Of a stretch of 10,490 nucleotides of DNA, positions 1-6,051 are shown in pieces. The notes below the pieces were generated by a model. The model had not been told where the DNA came from. It saw only the letters and a program-made list of their open reading frames with translations, and did not search any database. Made by a program: the position numbers and the translations under genes. The stretch lies in UHGV virus genome UHGV-1632715; one strand, 5' to 3'. The number at the start of each line of letters is the position of its first letter. Position 1 is the first letter of the stretch. This DNA comes from a virus.

Positions 1-7
1 GGAATGA

Positions 8-298
8 TTAACAGCTTTTGTTTGGATACTGCCTTCGTGAGTGAACTACATTTACGATCTCGATGTTAGATGCTGTTACTCGGTAAAGTATTATGTAGTT
101 AGGATGGGTCACTATCTCACGAAGGCCTAGAGCTCTTTCGCTTGGTGGATACAGGTAAGGGTGTTCAGTAAGTGACAAAACTGATGTTTCAATGCGTATT
201 TTTAGTCTACGTGCAGCGGGAGGGTTTTCCTTGGCAATATAGGCTACGATCTGACGCAAATCATCACGCGCAGAAGGTAGCCATAAAATGGGCAGCAT
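8..298 (-). CDS. parE2: Type II toxin, ParE/RelE superfamily (ParE2-like)
   Basis: 96-aa ORF starting MLPILWLPSARDDL with a ParE-like layout by eye. Its ATG overlaps the upstream antitoxin stop by one base (TAATG on the coding strand). Paralog number (parE1 vs parE2) is not certain from memory. Confidence 0.8.
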   Translation of the reverse strand: MLPILWLPSARDDLRQIVAYIAKENPPAARRLKIRIETSVLSLTEHPYLYPPSERALGLREIVTHPNYIILYRVTASNIEIVNVVHSRRQYPNKSC

Positions 299-489
299 TA
301 CTCACTCCTGTTCGTCGAAGCTATTTGCGCAATAAGGTTTTCCATTTCAGCCATTACTTCGTCATGCGGAATTGCAGGACGGGGGTCTGCGAGGCTTGCT
401 GCCACTTTGGTGCGTAACCATTCGTTATAGCTGTTTTCTTGTTCGATTGTTTCAAATTCTGAAATTATCGGGGAAAGGACTGTACTCAT
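298..489 (-). CDS. paaA2: Small antitoxin of the PaaA2 family, partner of ParE
   Basis: 63-aa ORF. The segment SEFETIEQENSYNEWLR..SLADPRPAIPHDEV matches my recollection of PaaA2 from E. coli O157; the C-terminal third differs from what I remember. GGAGG lies 7 nt upstream of the ATG (plus-strand CCTCC at 497-501). It sits immediately upstream of, and is translationally coupled to, the toxin. Confidence 0.75.
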   Translation of the reverse strand: MSTVLSPIISEFETIEQENSYNEWLRTKVAASLADPRPAIPHDEVMAEMENLIAQIASTNRSE

Positions 490-506
490 GTTCTAACCTC
501 CTCAGA

Positions 507-1007
507 TTAGGCGCGAAGACCTTTTTGCGCCTCTAGCCACCGCGCAACGGTTTCTTCAATTGATTCTTTTTTCTCCTTCATTTCCTTAAGCATTTTCTCT
601 TTGTCTTCTTTTGGGAAAGCCCTGAACGTCTGGATCAAATCTCGCTCTATAGGTTCTATATTAAACGGAAGTTCGTTTTCCGATTGTTCCATCTCTGCGG
701 GTAAAGCGACAACATTATCCTGCTGCAGTTCTTGGGGGTACATCCTTACAATTCGTAACAAGTCTGCCATATCTGGTCTAATTGACTCAGGCGGAACTTG
801 TAGCAACCCAGCGAACTTGATAACAGCCTCTAGATTTAAAGGTGTCTGACCATTTAGATAATGGCTTACTGCCCCTTGTGTCGAAAAACCCAGAATTTCT
901 GCCGCACGCTCTTGGGTTAACCCAAGTTGAGTTTTTTTCGTCGTCCAGATTTCTTTCAGTCTCTGGGCGGCTTGCAGGTCGATCTCTGACAGGGGTTTTC
1001 TTTTCAT
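507..1007 (-). CDS. paaR2: Prophage repressor, XRE/CI-type HTH (PaaR2-like), no recognisable S24 peptidase domain
   Basis: 166-aa ORF with an N-terminal HTH (QLGLTQERAAEILGFSTQGAVSHYLNG) of lambda-CI pattern. The C-terminal half is charged/helical with no GDSM or Ser-Lys autocleavage motif seen. It is divergent from the cro-like gene across an operator-bearing spacer and is followed 17 bp later by the antitoxin gene. Confidence 0.8.
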   Translation of the reverse strand: MKRKPLSEIDLQAAQRLKEIWTTKKTQLGLTQERAAEILGFSTQGAVSHYLNGQTPLNLEAVIKFAGLLQVPPESIRPDMADLLRIVRMYPQELQQDNVVALPAEMEQSENELPFNIEPIERDLIQTFRAFPKEDKEKMLKEMKEKKESIEETVARWLEAQKGLRA

Positions 1008-1041
1008 ACCTTCAATTCTAATAAGATTATTAATCTCTTTG

Positions 1042-1058
1042 AAATAGCAGTGCTATTT
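1042..1058. promoter_or_regulatory. Candidate operator: perfect 17-bp palindrome AAATAGCAGTGCTATTT
   Basis: Exact inverted repeat around a central G, located in the divergent repressor/cro-like intergenic region. Confidence 0.5.
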
Positions 1059-1067
1059 ACTTTTAAA

Positions 1068-1082
1068 AATAACAATGCTATT
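1068..1082. promoter_or_regulatory. Candidate second operator half-site pair AATAACAATGCTATT
   Basis: Differs from the first palindrome core (AATAGCAGTGCTATT) at two positions; centres are about 25 bp apart, and a TATTAAT -10-like hexamer lies nearby. Confidence 0.45.
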
Positions 1083-1114
1083 AATATTCATGGTCACATA
1101 ACATGAGGTGAACA

Positions 1115-1378
1115 ATGAATCTTGGAGAATATTTGCATCATTCCCGTATAACCCAGAAAGATTTTGCTGAAATTGTTGGGGTAACCCAAGGGATGGTAAG
1201 CCATGTTATTACTGGACGGGCGAAACTTACGGGGGGGAAAGTTTTACGCTGGTGTGAAGCAACAGGGTGGGTAGTGACCCCGCACGAGATTGATAGCAGT
1301 ACTTACCCCAACCCAACCGATGGCATACCTGTTGACTATCAGGCTAACACACAACCCGCGCTGGGAGTTGATTCATGA
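1115..1378 (+). CDS. ydaS: Cro-like HTH regulator (YdaS family)
   Basis: 87-aa ORF with HTH ITQKDFAEIVGVTQGMVSHVITG. GAGGTG SD at 1105-1110 precedes the ATG at 1115. It is the first gene of the rightward operon and its stop overlaps the next start (ATGA). Confidence 0.7.
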   Translation: MNLGEYLHHSRITQKDFAEIVGVTQGMVSHVITGRAKLTGGKVLRWCEATGWVVTPHEIDSSTYPNPTDGIPVDYQANTQPALGVDS

Positions 1379-1800
1379 AAATCAAGCATGAACACATCCG
1401 CATGGCGATGAATGTCTGGGCGCATCCGGACGGCGAAAAAGTACCGGCTGCGAAAATTACCAAAGCGTATTTCGAGCTGGGAATGACGTTCCCGGAACTG
1501 TATGACGACAGCCATCCGGAAGCCCTGGCCCGTAATACCCAGAAAATTTTCCGTTGGCTGGATAAAGACACCCCTGATGCTGTTGAAAAAATGCAGGCTC
1601 TGTTACCGGCGATCGAAAAGGCGATGCCGCCTTTGCTGGTGGCCCGTATGCGCAGTCACAGCTCTGAATATTACCGTGAGATCGTCGAACGGAGGGATCG
1701 GCTGGTGAAAGATGTGGATGATTTTGTCGCAGCGGCGATCGCCTGGGGCACCCTGACTAACAGTGGTGGTCAGCCTGGTAATGCTGTTGTCGTGCATTGA
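1375..1800 (+). CDS. ydaT: YdaT-family protein (CII functional analogue of Rac/CP-933P-like prophages)
   Basis: 141-aa ORF with N-terminus MKIKHEHI and C-terminus VVVH, matching my recollection of YdaT. Start overlaps the ydaS-like stop. Confidence 0.65.
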   Translation: MKIKHEHIRMAMNVWAHPDGEKVPAAKITKAYFELGMTFPELYDDSHPEALARNTQKIFRWLDKDTPDAVEKMQALLPAIEKAMPPLLVARMRSHSSEYYREIVERRDRLVKDVDDFVAAAIAWGTLTNSGGQPGNAVVVH

Positions 1801-1868
1801 CCAACAATATTCATGCCGGATTTCTTCCGGATGTTCGAGGGTAAAGTTCGGTATCAGATGAGGTGAGT

Positions 1869-2900
1869 ATGGCTAATGCCTGGCTCAGATTGTGGCATGA
1901 CATGCCAAATGATCCCAAATGGCGAACCATTGCCAGGGTCTCAGGACAGCCAATCGCAACAGTGATGGCGGTGTATATCCACCTTCTGGTGAGTGCGTCA
2001 CGAAATGTCACGACATGTCACGGCGTGTCACTACGTGGTCACATTGATGTCACGACGGAAGATTTAGCAAGTGCGCTTGATGTGACGGAAGACGTAATTG
2101 ATTCAATTTTGCATGCAATGCAGGGGCGGGTTCTGGATGGTGACCTTATTTCCGGATGGGAAAAACGTCAGGTGCTGAAAGAGGACAATGGTAACGTTTC
2201 GCAAACGGCAAAATCCCCGGCAGAGCGCAAGAGAGCGCAGCGGGAGCGGGAAAAGCTGCGGAAACATAATGCTGATTGTCACGATGAGTCACGACGTGTC
2301 ACGCATCTGTCACGACAAGTCACGACAGATAAAGATACAGATACAGAATTAAACCCCACACATAACGCGCGCGAGAGTATTCCGACCAGTGAGTCGAATG
2401 GTGCGCCGTTGCAGACAGCCGAACCTGAATACCTGGACGGCCTGAGCGAACCCATCGGGAAATTTTCGATGACTACTGTCTGGCAGCCGTCGCCGGATTT
2501 TCGACAACGGGCGGCAGTGTGGGGTATGGCTCTGCCTGAGCCGGAATTTACACCTGCTGAGCTTGCCGCATTCCGGGATTACTGGATGGCGGAGGGGAAG
2601 GTTTTCACGCAGGTTCAGTGGGAGCAGAAATTTGCCCGCCACGTGCAGCACGTCAGGGCACAGGTAAAACCAGTCAGCAAGGGGGGAAGCCATGCAGCAT
2701 CAGGTGGCACGGCATCACGGGCAGTTCAGGAAATCCGGGCAGCACGCGAACAGTGGGAACGTGACAACGGATTTATCAGCAACGGAAACGGCCTGGAAGC
2801 TGTGGGAGCTTATGGGGGAGGTGTATTCGAACCGCTGGACTCAGAAGAACGGGGCCGCACCTTCGAAGCTCTGGATTGCCCAGATTGGCACGATGACTGA
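1869..2900 (+). CDS. Replication initiation protein (O-like replisome organizer) with DnaT-like C-terminal region
   Basis: The N-terminal WLRLWHDMPNDPKWRTIA region is replisome-organizer-like. The central/C-terminal segment GKFSMTTVWQPSPDFRQRAAVWGMALPEPEFTPAELAAFRDYWMAEGKVFTQVQWEQKFAR aligns by eye with the E. coli DnaT C-terminal domain. The gene contains two iteron clusters. ATG 1869 is preferred over GTG 1863 because GAGGTGAG at 1858-1865 serves as the SD. Confidence 0.75.
   Translation: MANAWLRLWHDMPNDPKWRTIARVSGQPIATVMAVYIHLLVSASRNVTTCHGVSLRGHIDVTTEDLASALDVTEDVIDSILHAMQGRVLDGDLISGWEKRQVLKEDNGNVSQTAKSPAERKRAQREREKLRKHNADCHDESRRVTHLSRQVTTDKDTDTELNPTHNARESIPTSESNGAPLQTAEPEYLDGLSEPIGKFSMTTVWQPSPDFRQRAAVWGMALPEPEFTPAELAAFRDYWMAEGKVFTQVQWEQKFARHVQHVRAQVKPVSKGGSHAASGGTASRAVQEIRAAREQWERDNGFISNGNGLEAVGAYGGGVFEPLDSEERGRTFEALDCPDWHDD
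1997..2058. repeat. Iteron cluster 1: about six GTCAC(G)-core repeats at ~10-bp phasing
   Basis: Repeat starts at 1997, 2007, 2017, 2027, ~2038 and 2049 (gtcacgaaat / gtcacgacat / gtcacggcgt / gtcactacgt / ggtcacattgat / gtcacgacgg), inside the initiator gene. Confidence 0.6.
2278..2329. repeat. Iteron cluster 2: five GTCACG-core repeats at ~10-bp phasing, followed by an A/T-rich stretch
   Basis: Repeat starts at 2278, 2288, 2298, 2309 and 2319, followed by gataaagatacagatacagaattaaa at 2330-2355. Confidence 0.6.
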
Positions 2901-3354
2901 ACAGCAAATCCGGCTGGTCTGCCGTCAGTGCATGGACCGCTGCCGGGCGGGTGAAACGTGGCCCCCGGACCTGGCTGAGTTTGTTGCGCTGATTTCGGAG
3001 AGTGGGGCAAATCCATTTGGTCTTACGGTGGATGCCGTGATGGAAGAGTACCGGCGCTGGCGCAATGAATCCTGGCGATACGACGGGAGTGATAAATACC
3101 CGTGGCCACAGCCTGTGCTGTACCACATCTGCCTCGAAATGCGTACCAGAGGGATTGAGCGCCAGATGACGCAGGGTGAGTTAAAACGACTTGCGGAACG
3201 GCAACTGACGAAATGGGCAAAGCATGTTGGTAACGGGATGAGTGTTCCGCCAGTGCGACGACAACTGGAAGGGGCGAAACACCCGCAAGGGCCAACGCCA
3301 ATTGAACGGCTGAAACAGGAATACGAACGCCGGAAGGCAGCTGGTTTTATTTGA
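2692..3354 (+). CDS. Replication protein P-like (helicase loader family of lambda P)
   Basis: By-eye similarity to lambda P: YPWPQPVLYHICLEMR vs YPWKSNAHYWLVTNLYQNMR, GMSVPPVRRQLEG vs GEAIPEPVKQLPVMGG, and an upstream TMTEQQ-like segment. ATG 2692 is preceded by GGGGGG at 2681-2686. It overlaps the initiator gene by 209 nt in another frame; alternative starts are 2812 and 2893. Confidence 0.7.
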   Translation: MQHQVARHHGQFRKSGQHANSGNVTTDLSATETAWKLWELMGEVYSNRWTQKNGAAPSKLWIAQIGTMTEQQIRLVCRQCMDRCRAGETWPPDLAEFVALISESGANPFGLTVDAVMEEYRRWRNESWRYDGSDKYPWPQPVLYHICLEMRTRGIERQMTQGELKRLAERQLTKWAKHVGNGMSVPPVRRQLEGAKHPQGPTPIERLKQEYERRKAAGFI

Positions 3355-3387
3355 ATCTGAGAAACGATTTTGTCGGAGGAAATTTTA

Positions 3388-4113
3388 ATGGAAACCGTAT
3401 TTGACGCACTGAAAGCACTGAAAAGAGCCTCTTCACAGGTAGTGGCGGCCCGCCTTGGAATCAGCCGTGAAGATGCGGTCAACGAACTGTGGAAACTGAA
3501 GCGCCGCGGTGAAGCGGATAACAAGGGTTCGATGTGGCGGCTGATTCAGGCTGGTGAAAGTGAACCGGTGTCACCGGTACCGAAAGTGACAGCGCAAATG
3601 CTGACTGAGGCGATTGAACAACATGGCCCACAAACGGCGGATGAGCTGGCACTGATGTTCGGGATTACCTCCCGCCGGGCGAATTCATCGCTGGCCATGG
3701 CAATCAGCAAAGGGCGTCTGATTCGCGTGAATCAGGGCGGTAAATTTCGTTACTGCATACCGGGCGCTGATTTACCGGCAGAGCCGGAAGCTGCATCCGT
3801 AGCGGAAACCGATGGTAAAGCCTTTCCTCAGCCAGCAGGTGTTGCGTTACCTGTCCGGGAAGCAGAAACACAGGAAGAAATAAAAACGGAAAGTGTGGCG
3901 GTCACAGTGCAGTCACAGCCGTCGTTCACCAGAAAACATCCGGATGGTCTGATTTTACCATCGCTGCATGTGGCTAACCGCGAGCTGCGCCGGGCAAAAG
4001 GTCAGGTTCAGAAGTGGGAGCGAGTCTGCGCCGCGCTGCGGGAGCTGAACAAGCACCGGGATATTGTTCGACAGATTACTGATTCTTCCCGCCGTGTTGT
4101 ATCGGAAAAGTGA
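3388..4113 (+). CDS. Hypothetical phage protein (two winged-helix-like segments; possibly DUF1627-like)
   Basis: ATG 3388 is preceded by GGAGGA at 3375-3380; the ORF track began at an upstream TTG. No catalytic motif recognised. Confidence 0.6.
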   Translation: METVFDALKALKRASSQVVAARLGISREDAVNELWKLKRRGEADNKGSMWRLIQAGESEPVSPVPKVTAQMLTEAIEQHGPQTADELALMFGITSRRANSSLAMAISKGRLIRVNQGGKFRYCIPGADLPAEPEAASVAETDGKAFPQPAGVALPVREAETQEEIKTESVAVTVQSQPSFTRKHPDGLILPSLHVANRELRRAKGQVQKWERVCAALRELNKHRDIVRQITDSSRRVVSEK

Positions 4114-4128
4114 TTGCCGGAGGCGCTT

Positions 4129-4521
4129 ATGGCAAAAGTATTTACACCAGAAGAGCGGGAAGAAGTGAAGGCGCGCATTGTGGAATTCGTGCGCCTGAGC
4201 GGACGAGAAACTTTTCGACAACTGGCAGATAAAACGGGTGTCAGTAAGACCGCTATTCGTCGTTTATCTGGTGCGCTTGCGGCCAGTGGTGATGTCTGGC
4301 TCTCTGGTTGCGGGGTATTTCCATCAGAGCAGGCGTATCGCGTATGGCGTAAGACACCGGAGAAGGCTGCTGACCCGACACTGATTCGAAAGTTACCTGA
4401 CGGAGAAATACGTCGTTACAACAGACGGCAGAACATAATTTGTCGTGAGTGCAGGAGGAGCGAAGTTATGCAGCGTGTGCTGGCGTTCTATCGGGGAAAC
4501 TTTCAGGAGGTGATGGAGTGA
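4129..4521 (+). CDS. Hypothetical protein with HTH-like segment and C-terminal Cys pair
   Basis: ATG 4129 is preceded by GGAGG at 4118-4122. Contains ETFRQLADKTGVSKTAIRRL (HTH-like) and CRECRR. The stop overlaps the next start (GTGA). Confidence 0.55.
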   Translation: MAKVFTPEEREEVKARIVEFVRLSGRETFRQLADKTGVSKTAIRRLSGALAASGDVWLSGCGVFPSEQAYRVWRKTPEKAADPTLIRKLPDGEIRRYNRRQNIICRECRRSEVMQRVLAFYRGNFQEVME

Positions 4522-4814
4522 GGGTCAGAGTTTATATTGCCGGTCCAATGACGGGATATGAAAATTTCAACCGCGAGGCGTTTCACAGGGCGGAAGATGC
4601 GCTGAAACGGGAAGGGCATACCGTTTTAAACCCGGCAGTACTTCCGGACGGGCTGACACAGCCGCACTACATGGATATTTTCATGGCAATGATTCGTTGT
4701 GTGGATGCGATTTACATGCTGAATGGCTGGCAGCGGTCAGCGGGCGCTAAGGCAGAGCTGGCACTGGCGGAGAAACTGGGGCATGCAGTGATTTATCAGG
4801 AGGTGGCTCAATGA
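4518..4814 (+). CDS. DUF4406-like protein (nucleoside 2-deoxyribosyltransferase-like fold family)
   Basis: The motif RVYIAGPMTGYENFN...V.NP...ML.GW..S.GA..E matches the DUF4406 pattern as I recall it. Proposed GTG start at 4518, 7 nt after GGAGG at 4506-4510, gives 98 aa; the 121-aa track ORF likely over-extends upstream. Confidence 0.6.
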   Translation: MRVRVYIAGPMTGYENFNREAFHRAEDALKREGHTVLNPAVLPDGLTQPHYMDIFMAMIRCVDAIYMLNGWQRSAGAKAELALAEKLGHAVIYQEVAQ

Positions 4815-5272
4815 GAGAGGTTAACTATGAGGCGCTTCGTGAGGCAGCACAAAACTATCAGTCGACGCTGGCGTGGTATCAGGCTATCCCGGACAGCCCA
4901 AATGCTGAACGGGATTGTGATGCGGCTCTTGCTGCGTTTAAGCGTCACATCCGTCATCGGGAAGCGGATATTATCGCTGATTTGCTGGATGGACTGGAAG
5001 AAGCAAAATCACAACTCAAAGAGCAGCGTGAGTATTACGAAGGCGTTATCTCTGATGGGAGCAAGCGTATTGCTGAACTGGAAGCGCGGGAAGTTCAATT
5101 ACCGACTCGCTACGACCTTCGATATGGACACCCGATAAATGCAGATGAGCGACATGTCATGATACCTAAAGAAAATGGCAGTTGGCTTTACCTGATTGAC
5201 CTAGAACACGCATTACGCGTCTCTGGCATTCGCATCAAAGGAGAGGAGCATGGAAATAAAACCAGAGGATGA
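4811..5272 (+). CDS. Hypothetical phage protein
   Basis: 153-aa ORF whose ATG overlaps the previous stop (ATGA); GGAGG at 4798-4802. No family recognised. Confidence 0.6.
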   Translation: MREVNYEALREAAQNYQSTLAWYQAIPDSPNAERDCDAALAAFKRHIRHREADIIADLLDGLEEAKSQLKEQREYYEGVISDGSKRIAELEAREVQLPTRYDLRYGHPINADERHVMIPKENGSWLYLIDLEHALRVSGIRIKGEEHGNKTRG

Positions 5273-5606
5273 GTTAAGCAATATCGTTTTATTTCCGGTA
5301 AAAGAGGATGACCCTCGTAATCAGGTTAATTTTCTTTATGAGCCATCGGAAAGACCATATTGTCATCACGCCTCTGTCCGGGTTGACGAAAAAGAGCGTC
5401 AGGTCCGCTGTAAAATCTGCGGTGCAGTTGTGGAGCCATTTGACTGGATGCTCTCTGTGGCGAAAAGAGAAACCAGACTGGCAGATGATGTAAGGCACTT
5501 GCGCCAGGAGGAGCGGGAAAGGCGAAAAAATATAGAAAAGCTAATTCAGATTGAGCGTAACGCGAAAGCGCGGATACGCAGGGCGACAAAATCCAGAACT
5601 GAATAA
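5250..5606 (+). CDS. Hypothetical protein with zinc-ribbon-like motif and basic coiled-coil tail
   Basis: 118-aa ORF with CHH...CKICG spacing and a C-terminal RQEERERRKNIEKLIQIERNAKARIRR. Overlaps the upstream gene by 23 nt. Confidence 0.55.
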   Translation: MEIKPEDELSNIVLFPVKEDDPRNQVNFLYEPSERPYCHHASVRVDEKERQVRCKICGAVVEPFDWMLSVAKRETRLADDVRHLRQEERERRKNIEKLIQIERNAKARIRRATKSRTE

Positions 5607-5699
5607 TTAAATTTAGCTCTGTTAAAAATTTAATCCTTAACCGGAGGGATTTCTGCACCCTCAGAACATCAGGAGGCCGCCCGAAAGGGCGGTAGTTAA

Positions 5700-5882
5700 A
5701 TGCGAAAGTTTAAAATAATTATTGAAACGGGAATAGCCGGTGGAGATTTCGAGGATGAATTCGAAGTGGATGATGATGCGACGCCTGATGAAATACATGA
5801 CGAAGCAAAAGATATTTTCTTTAACTACTGCAATTACTCATATCACGAAATAAAAGACGAAGAGGAAGAGCAAAATGGCTGA
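5700..5882 (+). CDS. Small highly acidic protein (60 aa)
   Basis: About 20 Asp/Glu against 5 Lys/Arg by my count. AGGAGG at 5671-5676 is separated from the ATG by a 6-bp GNRA-loop hairpin (5677-5692). Confidence 0.5.
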   Translation: MRKFKIIIETGIAGGDFEDEFEVDDDATPDEIHDEAKDIFFNYCNYSYHEIKDEEEEQNG

Positions 5883-6051
5883 TTTTGGTTCAACTAAATA
5901 CAACGTCAGTTTTGAAGCATGGCATGAACTGTTAATGGACTATGCAGAGTTACGTGGTGGCAGTGCTGCTGATGCTGAAGCATGGCGTGATGATTATGAA
6001 GCAGGAAAAACTCCGGTCGAAGCATATTGTGATGAGTGGGGCGATGAATGA
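5875..6051 (+). CDS. Small acidic protein (58 aa), not in the ORF track
   Basis: Hand translation: MADFGSTKYNVSFEAWHELLMDYAELRGGSAADAEAWRDDYEAGKTPVEAYCDEWGDE. Its ATG overlaps the upstream stop (ATGGCTGA) and its stop overlaps the next ATG at 6048. Confidence 0.4.
   Translation: MADFGSTKYNVSFEAWHELLMDYAELRGGSAADAEAWRDDYEAGKTPVEAYCDEWGDE

Noticed and set aside
172-417. 81-aa plus-strand ORF across the toxin/antitoxin junction
   Set aside because: It is antisense to two well-supported, translationally coupled genes, with no SD and a Cys/His-rich low-complexity product; shadow ORF.
507-1007. LexA/CI-type autocleavable repressor (S24 peptidase domain)
   Set aside because: The HTH is present, but I could not find the Ser-Lys dyad context or the Ala-Gly / Cys-Gly cleavage-site region in the C-terminal half; called as a non-cleavable HTH repressor instead.
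1502-1800. Alternative-frame ORFs (1502-1708 plus, 1603-1797 minus) inside the ydaT-like gene
   Set aside because: They are internal to a gene recognisable from its N- and C-termini, with no start signals of their own.
1816-1830. Hairpin CCGGA-TTTCT-TCCGG after the ydaT-like gene as a terminator
   Set aside because: No U-run follows, and the initiator gene continues the operon immediately downstream; more likely an incidental or mRNA-stability hairpin.
1997-2329. Possible CRISPR array, suggested by regularly spaced short repeats
   Set aside because: The repeat unit is about 10 bp with no spacers of CRISPR length, and the repeats lie inside a replication initiator gene; this is an iteron origin.
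2925-3524. 199-aa minus-strand ORF (and 2776-3126, 3023-3301 minus) overlapping the P-like gene
   Set aside because: The plus strand carries a protein with recognisable lambda-P similarity and a proper SD; the minus ORFs are Ser/Arg/Cys-rich shadow frames typical of the antisense of GC-rich coding sequence.
4827-5138. 103-aa plus-strand ORF in an alternative frame within 4811-5272
   Set aside because: It lies fully inside a longer ORF that has an SD and stop/start coupling; the alternative frame has no such support.
5326-5658. 110-aa minus-strand ORF and 5289-5498 / 5308-5493 alternative frames
   Set aside because: They overlap the plus-strand zinc-ribbon ORF, which is in operon register with its neighbours; no independent start signals.
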